Below the pieces are notes generated by a model. That model saw only the letters and a program-made list of their open reading frames with translations. It was not told the origin of the DNA and made no database searches. A DNA stretch of 64,000 nt, from positions 202,322 to 266,321 of the forward strand of contig CAWJPQ010000002.1 of the NCBI GenBank assembly GCA_963844825.1, written 5' to 3'. Position 1 is the first letter of the stretch, and each line of letters begins with the position of its first letter. The translations under genes were made by a program, and so were the position numbers. This stretch comes from an uncultured Gammaproteobacteria bacterium. GTDB lineage: Bacteria; Pseudomonadota; Gammaproteobacteria; CAWJPQ01. Of this stretch, positions 29,312-39,196 are shown one piece after another.

Positions 29312-30880
29312 ATGGGCAGAGCAAGATCAATCTGGCTGATACTGGGGACCGCCCTGATGATATTGAACACACACCCCGCCGCGGCGTTCAGCCTCGAGAC
29401 CCTGATGATGCCCGGCAAGCTCATCCAGGGCCACGCCAAGGTGGAGGCCCAGTGCAAAAAGTGCCACGAGCGGTTCAGCAAGCGCCTGCAGAATCCCCTG
29501 TGCCTGGACTGCCACAAGAAGGTGGCCGCCGATGTGCGCCGCCATCGCGGCTTTCACGGCCGGATCCCCGACATCCAACACACCGAGTGCAAGCGCTGCC
29601 ACACCGAGCACAAGGGGCGCGACGCCGATATCGTGGGACTGGACAAGGAGACCTTTGATCACGGCTCGACGGACTTCGCCCTCAAGGGCGCCCACACAGA
29701 CGTGCCATGCGCCGCCTGCCACAAGCCCGGCCACAAGTACCGGGAGGCCGCCCACCGGTGCAACAGCTGCCACAAGAAGGACGACCCCCACGAGGGGCGC
29801 CTGGGGACGGACTGCGCCAAGTGTCACACGGTTCGGGCATGGCGCAAGGTCGGCTTCGATCATGAAAAGACCGACTTTCCCTTGAAGGGCAAGCACCGCA
29901 AGGTCTCCTGCAAGAGCTGTCACCCCAATCAGCGCTACAAACACGTCCCGACCGATTGCGTCGCCTGCCATAAACTGGAGGACGCCCACGGCGGGCGCTA
30001 CGGCGCCAAGTGCCATACCTGCCACACGGCCAGGGACTGGAAGCACGTGACCTTTGATCACGACCGGGACACCAAGTACAAGCTCAAGGACCGGCACGCC
30101 AAAGTCGCCTGCGACAGCTGCCACAAGGGCCGTCTGTACGAAGACAAGCTGGGCAAAGCGTGTTTCGACTGTCACAGGAACGACGATTATCACAAGGGCC
30201 GCTACGGAAAGAAGTGCCGCACCTGCCACGCGCCCACCCGCTGGTCCAAGGCCCGCTTCGATCATGACCGCCGGACTGATTACCCCCTGCGCGGGCGCCA
30301 CGCGAAGGTGCAATGCCGGTCCTGCCACCGCGGCGACCTCTACAAGGACAAGCTAAAGAGCGAGTGCGTCTCCTGCCACCGCCGCGACGACGTGCATCAC
30401 GGTCAGGAAGGCAAGGTGTGCCGACGCTGCCACACCGAGCAGGGCTGGGGCCACAAGGTGGTGTTCGACCACGACCTGACCCGCTTTCCGCTCATCGGCC
30501 TGCACGCCACGGCGCCGTGCGAGGAGTGCCACCTGTCGTCGGCCTTCAAGGGCGCGCCCCTGGACTGCCACGCCTGCCACCAGGCCGACGACACCCATAA
30601 GGGGCGCCTGGGCCCCGACTGCGGGCGCTGCCACAACCCCAACGGCTGGAACCGGTGGCGCTTCGACCACGACACCCAGACCGATTACAAACTCGACGGC
30701 AAGCACCGCGGCCTGGACTGCAGCGCCTGTCACAAAACGCCGGTCAAGGGCCGCATACGGCTTTCCCGGGAGTGCGTCTCATGCCACCAGCGCGACGATG
30801 TCCATGCCGGGCGTTTCGGCCCGGCCTGTGGCCGCTGTCACGTAACCGATTCTTTCAAGAAGGTAGCATTGAACCATTAA
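29312..30880 (+). CDS. 21-heme c-type cytochrome built from seven triheme c7/c3-like modules
   Basis: Signal peptide after ATG 29312. I count 21 CxxCH motifs. The module FDH..T.F.L.G.H..V.C..CH......C..CH..DD.H.G..G..C..CH recurs. Confidence 0.85.
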   Translation: MGRARSIWLILGTALMILNTHPAAAFSLETLMMPGKLIQGHAKVEAQCKKCHERFSKRLQNPLCLDCHKKVAADVRRHRGFHGRIPDIQHTECKRCHTEHKGRDADIVGLDKETFDHGSTDFALKGAHTDVPCAACHKPGHKYREAAHRCNSCHKKDDPHEGRLGTDCAKCHTVRAWRKVGFDHEKTDFPLKGKHRKVSCKSCHPNQRYKHVPTDCVACHKLEDAHGGRYGAKCHTCHTARDWKHVTFDHDRDTKYKLKDRHAKVACDSCHKGRLYEDKLGKACFDCHRNDDYHKGRYGKKCRTCHAPTRWSKARFDHDRRTDYPLRGRHAKVQCRSCHRGDLYKDKLKSECVSCHRRDDVHHGQEGKVCRRCHTEQGWGHKVVFDHDLTRFPLIGLHATAPCEECHLSSAFKGAPLDCHACHQADDTHKGRLGPDCGRCHNPNGWNRWRFDHDTQTDYKLDGKHRGLDCSACHKTPVKGRIRLSRECVSCHQRDDVHAGRFGPACGRCHVTDSFKKVALNH

Positions 30881-30916
30881 TCAATAGATCAGCAGCGACA
30901 AAAAATAATAACCACA

Positions 30917-32032
30917 ATGAAGACTGACGCATTGATCAATCGGCTCCCGCCGGCGGCGGGCGGCCATGCCCGGCGGCCCCTTGTCCTCAAGGCCGGGGGC
31001 ACGGGAATCGGCACTTGTCTGTTGATCGCCCTGATGCTCCTGGCAGGGGCCTGGGCGAGCACCGGGGCCCAGGCCGCCGTGCCGGGGTTCAGCCGCTTCG
31101 ACCACTTCAGCACCGGCTTTCCCCTGACCGGCTACCACGCCCGGGTGGACTGCGAGCGCTGCCATATCGGCGGCGGGTTCCGCAACACCCCGCGCCAGTG
31201 CGCCGGCTGTCATACCCGGGGCAGCCGCGTCAGCGCCTCGGCCAAGCCCGTCAATCACATACCCTCAACCCAGAATTGCGGCGATTGTCATACCACCAAC
31301 ACCTGGCGCGTCGGCCGACGCATGAGTCACGTGGGCGTGATCGGCACCTGCTCGCGCTGTCACAACGGGGTGGTGGCGGAAGGCAAGCCGCCCGGGCACC
31401 TGCCGAGCACCGATACCTGCGAGCAGTGCCATACCATCGTCAGCTGGTCCAATACCCATTTCGATCACCGCAACGTGGCACCGGGCAGCTGCGTGACCTG
31501 CCATAACGGATCCCGCGCGAAGGGCAAATCGGCCCGCCACATCCAAAGCACCAATACCTGCGACGACTGCCACAACACCCGCCGATGGGCCGTGGGGCGG
31601 GTCAATCACGATGCCGTCCTGGGCACCTGCTACAGCTGCCACAACAACCAGATTGCACGGGGCAAGCCCGGAAATCACCCCGCGAGCTCCAATGACTGTC
31701 AGCAATGCCACAACACCAGCGACTGGGCGGCGGCCGGCTTCGACCACCGGGGCGTGGCGGCGGGCACCTGCGTCAATTGCCACAACGGATCCCGCGCCAC
31801 AGGCAAGTCCGCTTCGCACATCCAGTCCACCGACACCTGCGACGCCTGCCATACCACCCAGCGCTGGCGGCCGGTCAGCCAGGTGAATCACGCCGCGGTG
31901 CTGGGCAGTTGCTACAGCTGCCACAACAATCAGATCGCACGGGGCAAGCCCGGAGATCACCCGCGCACCAGCAATAACTGCCAAGAGTGCCACAGCACGA
32001 ACAGTTGGCATGCGGAAGGAGGCCGCGACTGA
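30917..32032 (+). CDS. 13-heme c-type cytochrome (paralogue of the following giant cytochrome)
   Basis: Signal peptide and 13 CxxCH motifs. The N-terminal FDHFSTGFPLTGYHARVDCERCH block is followed by three four-heme modules of the C..CHNG...GK...H type. Confidence 0.85.
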   Translation: MKTDALINRLPPAAGGHARRPLVLKAGGTGIGTCLLIALMLLAGAWASTGAQAAVPGFSRFDHFSTGFPLTGYHARVDCERCHIGGGFRNTPRQCAGCHTRGSRVSASAKPVNHIPSTQNCGDCHTTNTWRVGRRMSHVGVIGTCSRCHNGVVAEGKPPGHLPSTDTCEQCHTIVSWSNTHFDHRNVAPGSCVTCHNGSRAKGKSARHIQSTNTCDDCHNTRRWAVGRVNHDAVLGTCYSCHNNQIARGKPGNHPASSNDCQQCHNTSDWAAAGFDHRGVAAGTCVNCHNGSRATGKSASHIQSTDTCDACHTTQRWRPVSQVNHAAVLGSCYSCHNNQIARGKPGDHPRTSNNCQECHSTNSWHAEGGRD

Positions 32033-34764
32033 TGAACAACCATAATCCCGGTTTTATTACACACCCGCGCGGCCCGGCCCTTTGGCTGCTCGCCTGCCTG
32101 GCGCTGCTCGCATTGGCCGCAGCCGGTACCGCCCGAGGGGCGGTGACCACCAGCTTCGACCACTTCACCACCGGCTTTCCCCTGACCGGCGCCCATACCC
32201 GCGTGGACTGCGAAAACTGCCACGTGGGCGGCGTATTCAGAAACACCCCGACCCAGTGCGCCGCGTGTCATACGCACGGCGGGCGTATCGGTGCTTCGGC
32301 CAAACCCGTGGATCACATGCCCTCCACCGACGCCTGTGCCTATTGCCACACCACCCGGGCCTGGCGGCCGGTAGCACGGGTGGATCACACCGCGGTCATC
32401 GGGACCTGCGTGCGGTGTCACAACGGCACGCTCGCCCCCGGGAAACCGCCCCATCACATCGCCAGCAACAACAACTGCGATGACTGCCATACCACCAGCA
32501 ACTGGCAGGGGGCGGTCTTCGACCACAGCGGCGTCGCCGCCGGGCACCTGCGCCACCTGTCACAACGGCAGCAAGGCCACCGGCAAGCCGGCGACGCACA
32601 TCAGACCACCAACACCTGCGATGCCTGTCACAGCACCCGCGCTGGAATCCGGTGACCCGGGTGGATCACATGGCGGTGCTGGGCACCTGCTTCAGCTGCC
32701 ACAACACGGTGGCACCGGCAAGCCCGCCAACCACATCGCCAGCGCCAACACCTGCGACGACTGCCACACCACCAACACCTGGCAGGGAGCGGTATTCGAC
32801 CACAGCAACGTGGCGCCGGGCACCTGCGCCACCTGCCACAACGGCACCAAGGCCACCGGCAAGCCGGCGACGCACATCCAGACCACCAACACCTGCGATG
32901 CCTGTCACAGCACCCGCGCTGGAACCCGGCCACCCGGGTGGATCACACCGAGGTGCTGGGTACCTGCTACAGCTGCCACAACAACCGGCGGCACCCGGCA
33001 AGCCCGCCAATCACATCGCCAGCGCCAACACCTGCGACGACTGCCACACCACGACTTCGTGGTCCAATGCGGTCTTCGACCACAGCGGCGTCGCGCCCGG
33101 CACCTGCGCCACCTGCCACAACGGCACCAAGGCCACCGGCAAGCCGGCGGGCCACATCAGCAGCACCAATACCTGCGATGCCTGCCACAGCACCCGCACG
33201 TGGAACCCGACCACCCGGGTCGACCACACCGCGGTGCTCGGCACCTGCTACAGCTGCCACAACAACTCGGTGGCACCGGGCAAACCCGCCAATCACATCG
33301 CCAGCGCCAACACCTGCGATGACTGCCACACCACGACTTCGTGGGCCAATGCGGTCTTCGACCACAGTGGCGTCGCGGCCGGCACCTGCGCTACATGTCA
33401 CAACGGCACCAAGGCCACCGGCAAGCCGGCGGGCCACATCAGCAGCACCAATACCTGCGATGCCTGCCACAGCACCCGCACGTGGAACCCCACCACCCGG
33501 GTCGATCACACCGCGGTGCTCGGCACCTGCTACAGCTGCCACAACAACTCGGTGGCACCGGGCAAACCCGCCAATCACATCGCCAGCGCCAACACCTGCG
33601 ATGACTGCCACACCACGACTTCGTGGGCCAATGCGGTCTTCGACCACAGCGGCGTGGCGGCCGGCACCTGCGCCACCTGTCACAACGGCACCAAGGCCAC
33701 CGGCAAGCCGGCGGGCCACATCAGCAGCACCAATACCTGCGATGCCTGCCACAGCACCCGCACGTGGAACCCCACCACCCGGGTCGATCACACCGCGGTG
33801 CTGGGCACCTGCTACAGCTGCCACAACAACTCGGTGGCACCGGGCAAGCCCGCCAATCACATCGCCAGCGCCAACACCTGCGACGACTGCCACACTACGA
33901 CTTCGTGGTCCAATGCGGTCTTCGACCACAGCGGCGTCGCGGCCGGCACCTGCGCCACCTGCCACAACGGCACCAAGGCCACCGGCAAGCCGGCGACGCC
34001 ACATCAGCAGCACCAACACCTGCGATGCCTGCCACAGCACCCGCACGTGGAATCCCGTGACAAAAGTGGATCACCTGGAAGTGCTCGGCACCTGCTACAG
34101 CTGCCACAACGGCACCGTGGCCACCGGCAAACCAACCAATCATATTGCCAGCAACAACAACTGCGACGACTGCCACACCACCACCACCTGGGCCAATGCG
34201 GTCTTCGACCACAGCGGCGTCGCTGCCGGCACCTGCGCCACCTGCCACAACGGCACCAAGGCCACCGGCAAGCCGGCGGGCCACATCAGCAGCACCAATA
34301 CCTGCGATGCCTGCCACAGCACCCGTACCTGGAACCCGACTACGCGGGTCGATCACACCGCGGTGCTGGGCACCTGCTACAGCTGCCACAACAACTCGGT
34401 GGCACCGGGCAAGCCGGCGAACCACATTGCCAGCAGCAACTCCTGCGGCGACTGCCACAGCACCTCCACCTGGGCGAACGCCTCGTTCAACCACAGCGGT
34501 GTAGCCGCCGGCACCTGTGTGACCTGCCACAACGGCTCCACGGCCACCGGCAAGCCCAACAACCATATATCCACCACCGATACCTGCGACGCCTGCCACA
34601 GCACCCAGACATGGAACCCCGTGGTGCGGGTCGATCACTCGGCGGTGATGGGAACTTGCTACAGCTGCCACAACGGCACCATCGCCCGGGGAAAGCCTCG
34701 CGATCATCCCCGCACCAGTAACGACTGCCAGCGATGCCACAGCACCAGGACATGGGATCGATGA
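32032..34764 (+). CDS. Giant multiheme c-type cytochrome, about 910 aa and about 37 hemes if the frames are joined; about seven single-base frameshifts as sequenced
   Basis: ATG 32032 has a TGATG overlap and a GGAAGGAGG RBS, and a signal peptide follows. Every frame segment continues the same CxxCH module pattern. Indels sit at homopolymers, for example an extra G at 32542-32544, a missing C near 32602 and an extra C near 33998. They sum to -3, so the first and last frames coincide. Confidence 0.8.
32470..34740 (+). repeat. Eight tandem 282-bp coding repeats (94 aa, four hemes each) inside the giant cytochrome gene
   Basis: The unit is TCDDCH-FDH-TCATCHNG-GKPAGH-TCDACH-VDH-TCYSCHNN-GKPANH. 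The copies at about 33040-33900 are nearly identical at DNA level: the ORF track gives near-identical out-of-frame peptides starting at 33341 and 33623, exactly 282 nt apart. Confidence 0.9.
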
Positions 34765-35279
34765 AAGTGACCTACAACAGCACAACGACGAGACCGGCGT
34801 CTCGCCGTCGCCTGCCCTGGTACGGTCTTATTACCGGCCTGCTGCTGATGGCGGCTAATTCCAGCGCCGAGCCGGCGCGCAACCGTATCCTGGATCAGGT
34901 GCATGTGACCGAGCAGGCACACTGCGCCGTCATCGAAGTGGGCTTCACGCTGCCGATTCGCTATGTGCGCCACTTTCCCTATGACGAGGGGAACGAGCTG
35001 CGCATCAAGCTGGATCCCATCTCGGTCAGCGCCCTGGACCGACCCGCCCTGGCCATGCGCGAATCCCTGAGGCCGGCCCGCGGCGGTGACTTACCCCTCT
35101 ATGAAGTGGTCTACGAGGGCGACATGGAGGGGGGGCCCTTTCTGACCCTGGAGTTTCGCCGCGCGGTGGCTTTCACGGTGCGCCAGGGACCGGCATTTCG
35201 CAGCGTGGTGATCACCGTATCCCTCAGCAGGAAATCGCCCGGCCGTACCTGCCCCTTGGAAAAGGCACGGGCGCGGTAA
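34761..35279 (+). CDS. Secreted hypothetical protein (172 aa) of the cytochrome operon
   Basis: ATGA overlap with the cytochrome stop. Signal peptide LPWYGLITGLLLMAANSSA. I recognise no motif. The next gene starts 2 nt after the stop. Confidence 0.6.
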   Translation: MKVTYNSTTTRPASRRRLPWYGLITGLLLMAANSSAEPARNRILDQVHVTEQAHCAVIEVGFTLPIRYVRHFPYDEGNELRIKLDPISVSALDRPALAMRESLRPARGGDLPLYEVVYEGDMEGGPFLTLEFRRAVAFTVRQGPAFRSVVITVSLSRKSPGRTCPLEKARAR

Positions 35280-35280
35280 G

Positions 35281-37471
35281 ATGACACAGGCTATCCCATG
35301 GACCACCTCAATGGGTAAGGACGGGCATTGCCTCGGCGAGGTCGCGGCGCGCACTGCAGGCGATTGGCGGCGGATACCGGCCGGACGCTGGCTGCGCTGT
35401 CTCGGTGACAAAGTGCTCCTGCTGCTGTGCCTGGCAAGCTGCGCCGCTAGCGCCCATCTGCTCATCGTCGATGCCAAGGCCGACGAGGTGAAGGGCAGAC
35501 GGTCCACGCTCAACGCCGGGCTCTACGCCATCAACCTGGAGTCGTCCCTAACCCCGCCGGCGGTCGACAAGATTCCCGCCAACAAGCTGCTGCGCCGGTA
35601 CCGGCTCTACACGCAACTGTACAAAAAGGACGGCCGGGTCTGGCACCGCCTGCGCCTGGGATTTTTCGACACGCGCGCCGCGGCCAAGCAGGTACAAGCG
35701 GCCCTGCGGTCCCCCTACCCCCGCTCGTGGGTCACCAAGGTCAGCGCCGCCGAGCACGATGCCTCGGCGGCCACGGCCATTGCCCTGCCCGGCGCTGGTG
35801 CGGCGCCGGCGCCTCAGCCGGTCAAAGTCGCCGCGGCGGGCCGGTCCCAGCAACGACAGTGCGCGCCTGGCCTCCTTGATGGAGCGCGCGCGCCGGGCCA
35901 TGGCCGAAGGCAATTACGACTTTGCCGTCAAGGCCTACACGGAGGTGCTGCAGTATCCCCACAACCAGTACAGCCAGGCGGCCCAGGAGTTTCTCGGGCT
36001 CGCCCGCGAGCGCAGGGGTCAGGTGGCCCATGCCAAGGCCGAGTACGAAACGTACCTCAAGCTCTATCCCAAGGGCGAAGGGGCGGACCGGGTGCGCCAG
36101 CGCCTGGCGGGGCTGCTCACCGCCCGCAAGCCGCCCCCGAAGAAGCTGCGCCGGGCGGCGCCGACGGCGCATGAGGCCCCCGTGTGGGACACCTTCGGCA
36201 GCTTTTCCCAATACTACCGCCGGGATGTCAGCGATGCGGGCAATACGGGCCAGCAGGTCAATCTGTCCATGCTGTCGTCCTATCTGGACGTGATGACCCG
36301 CCGGACAGGCTCCGAGGTGGAGGTGCGCACGCGCTTTACCGGCGGCTATGACTGGGATTTCCTGGATTCGCGCTTCAATCAGACCCGTATCACCTCTCTT
36401 TACGCTGCCATGAGCGACCGACGCCTGGGGATCGGCGGCCGCCTGGGTCGCCAGTCCCTGAGCACGGGCGGTGTGCTGGGGCGCTTCGACGGGCTGTCGC
36501 TGGGCTACCAGCTGACCCCGCGGCTGAAACTCAACGCCGTGGCCGGATTCCCAGTGGAGATCAACACCCTGGAACAGATCTCCACCGGCAAACGGTTTTA
36601 CGGCGCCAGCGTCGATGTCGGGACCTTCGCTAACGGGGTCAACGTCAATACCTACTTCATCCAGCAAACGGCCCACGGGATACTCGACCGGCGTGCGGTG
36701 GGCAGCGAGCTGCGCTACTCCAAGGCAAACCGCTCCCTGTTCGCCCTGGTGGATTACGATATTTACTTCAACACCCTGAATACGTTGTTCGCCTTCGGCA
36801 ATTGGATATTCGCCGACGACACCAGCGTCAATGTTACCATTGACCTGCGCAAGAGCCCGGTTCTGACCACCAGCAATGCCCTGCAGGGTCAGACCGTGGC
36901 ATCAGTCAACGATCTTCTGAGCCAGTTCAGCGAGCGGCAGATCAAGCAGCTCGCCAAGGACCGCACCGCCGACAGCCGAACCTTCACCGTCGGCGTGACC
37001 CGGCCAATCAACCGCATGCTCCAGGTTAGCGGAAACGTGACCATGACCCACCTGAGCGGCACGCCCGCCTCCGGCGGCGTCGCCGCCATCGATGGGACCG
37101 GTAACGACGTCTACTACACCATGCAGCTCATCGGCAGCAGCCTGATCAAAAAGGGCGACCTGGCGATCATCGGCCTGAACTACGCCGACGCCAGCACCGC
37201 CAAGACCGCGAGCGTGACGTTGAACACCCGCTACCCGGTGAATCACACCTGGCGCATCAATCCGCGTTTCAGGGTGGACCTGCGCCGCTTCACCCGGGAC
37301 AACAGCCACGAACTGCTCCTCGCCCCGTCGCTGCGGATCAACTATCGTATCCTCCGGGTGGGCCAGATCGAGCTCGAAGGGGGCGGCCTGTGGTCGACCC
37401 TGCATGTGACCGGCGATACGCAAAATACCACCGGGTACTACATCAATGCCGGGTATCGGTTGGACTTTTGA
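35281..37471 (+). CDS. Outer-membrane beta-barrel protein with N-terminal SPOR-like and TPR modules; one frameshift near 35840 as sequenced
   Basis: ORF 35281-36174 is meaningful only up to ...APAPQPVKVAAAG. It includes the SPOR-like block YAINLESS...VWHRLRLGFFDTRAAAKQVQAAL. ORF 35759-37471 is meaningful from ...SNDSARLASLMERARRAMAEGNYDFAVKAY, which is TPR. About 430 aa of alternating beta-strand-like sequence follow, ending YYINAGYRLDF (OMP C-terminal aromatic signature). Confidence 0.7.
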
Positions 37472-37820
37472 TCGACGGCGGACGCGGCCGCAGCGGGAGA
37501 TTGGCGTCAGTCATCGGCCAGGCCTGAATTCGCCGCCGCCAAGCGGAAGAAGTTGTTAATATAAAAAAATCCTCAAGCATCGCCCGCTGACACAATCAGC
37601 GGCAGGTGTTATAGTCGCAGGCGATGTCTGTTCGAGTTAGACGTCCCGGCGACAGGTAAGCAGTTCACCATCTTTCCGCTTCCCCATTAAGCATGTTCAG
37701 TACCTGTCGGCTTGGTCTCAGATGTATGGTTTCTGATCGGCCACACCGACAGGCGATACCCGCGCACAACGCGTGACCAGAGCATTTCCCAATGCGCAAT
37801 CATGACAAGGAGGCCACGTC

Positions 37821-38030
37821 ATGAATACCCCGTCTGCATCCGACCCGCGTCAAGACACACCAACGGCGCATGCCCATCATGAACTCGTCTGCCCCCGCTG
37901 CAAGGGATCCGTGGTTCGCACACGCCGCCGGGTCATCGACCGGCTCATCAGCCTGGCTGTCCCCGTTTGCCGTTACCGGTGTACCGCAATACGCTGCCAA
38001 TGGGAAGGCAATCTGCGCCAAAGACGCTAA
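37821..38030 (+). CDS. Small zinc-ribbon-like protein (69 aa)
   Basis: CPRC...17 aa spacer...RYRCTAIRC gives four Cys in a ribbon arrangement. AGGAGG-like RBS (caaggaggcc) upstream. Confidence 0.45.
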   Translation: MNTPSASDPRQDTPTAHAHHELVCPRCKGSVVRTRRRVIDRLISLAVPVCRYRCTAIRCQWEGNLRQRR

Positions 38031-38087
38031 AAACGGAACAGATCCATTTCTTGGACATGCGTCTCCAGGCGCACGACTTTCAAAGCG

Positions 38088-38570
38088 TCAATACCGGCCG
38101 CCGACCTTGGAGACGTAGTTAACCAGTTCCCGGCTTTCATGATTCATGCGCATCAGGTTCGCGTGGGTGATGCGGAACAGGGCCCGCATGACCTTGTAGA
38201 CGATGCGCGGATGGGGCGCCAGCAGCGCTTCGAAATCGTCGGGCTCCAGGGTGTATACCGTGGCGTTGCCCACCGCGCGCAGGGTTGCCTTGCGCGGGGC
38301 GTGGTCAACAAAGGCCCGAGTGCCTGCGCACTCGCCCTGGGTCATGGTATAGACCTGGACTTCCTTGCCCGCCACGAAGTTGGAAACAGCGAGCCTGCCG
38401 TCGATGAGGACAAAGAGGGTGTCGTCTTCCTGTCCCTCGCTGACCAGCAACTCCCCGTCTGACAGGCGCATCACGCCCATAATGCCGGCCAGGACCCGGC
38501 ATTCATCCTCTGCAAGCTCTTCGCCTATGCAGGAGTTGCAGATCGATTTGTAATCCAGTGTGTCATTCAT
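38088..38570 (-). CDS. Cyclic-nucleotide-binding domain protein (stand-alone cNMP domain)
   Basis: 160 aa. GELLVSEGQEDDTLFVLIDGRLAV...GECAGTRAFVDHAPRKATLRAV fits the cNMP-binding beta-roll pattern. There is no DNA-binding HTH. Confidence 0.7.
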   Translation of the reverse strand: MNDTLDYKSICNSCIGEELAEDECRVLAGIMGVMRLSDGELLVSEGQEDDTLFVLIDGRLAVSNFVAGKEVQVYTMTQGECAGTRAFVDHAPRKATLRAVGNATVYTLEPDDFEALLAPHPRIVYKVMRALFRITHANLMRMNHESRELVNYVSKVGGRY

Positions 38571-39196
38571 ACTTTGAGCCTTGATCCTTGGAAATCCGTG
38601 AAACAGGGGTCACCCGCAGCGATGCAAATGTCGTTCCCTCTCATATGGGGCCGAAACGCCACGAAAACCAGGCCAGGCCAAGTATTCCGCACCCGTTTGG
38701 CACGGGCCGCACCAAAGAAGGGCCGTGGAGGAAGTCGTGCAGAGTTAGATCCATTGCTTGAGCCCGGAGCCATCGGGTCGGACCTGACCAACCGCCTGAT
38801 CCAATGGTAATTTCCTGAAAATAAGCCTGTCGCTGAAGGCTTAGACGGCCCTTTTCCGGGGTGATTTGGTGCAATGCGCAGGACGCGGCGACTGCCCTGC
38901 GGCTAGGGCAGCTACTGCCCGGCGGTAGGATGACACGACACTGTCTTTCCCCGCACTGCTGTTGCTTCACTGCTTAAAGGTGGCATTTAGCCCAGAAAAA
39001 AACCCGTTTAAGCTTGATATGGGCCCCCTTTATGGCGCCATCGGCTTGGATTTCATTGGGTTAGCTGGGTCCGACCCCGGCGTGCTGCCGGGGTGAGGAC
39101 TTTCTCGGCCAGGCCGATGGCGCCCGTCTCGGCATTGGGCGGCATATTCACCAGGCTTTGCCCCGGCCAAGGCCCGCGTCGGGATAACCGGAGGCG

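Noticed and set aside
32470-34740. Regular tandem repeats that could superficially suggest a CRISPR or satellite array
   Set aside because: The period is 282 bp with no spacer/repeat alternation. The repeats are in-frame coding modules, each with four CxxCH motifs.
35759-37471. The 570-aa ORF treated as an independent gene starting at the ATG at 35759
   Set aside because: Its first ~30 codons (MPRRPRPLPCPALVRRRRLSRSKSPRRAG) are an out-of-frame reading of the preceding gene. The meaningful sequence joins the 35281 ORF at about 35840 across a 1-nt shift.
38740-38800. Partial matches to SRP RNA (GGTCAGGTCCG) and the RNase P (GGAGGAAGTCG) core motifs
   Set aside because: The matches are short. 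The flanking conserved helices (the GGAA tetraloop context, and the P4 and CR regions) are absent.
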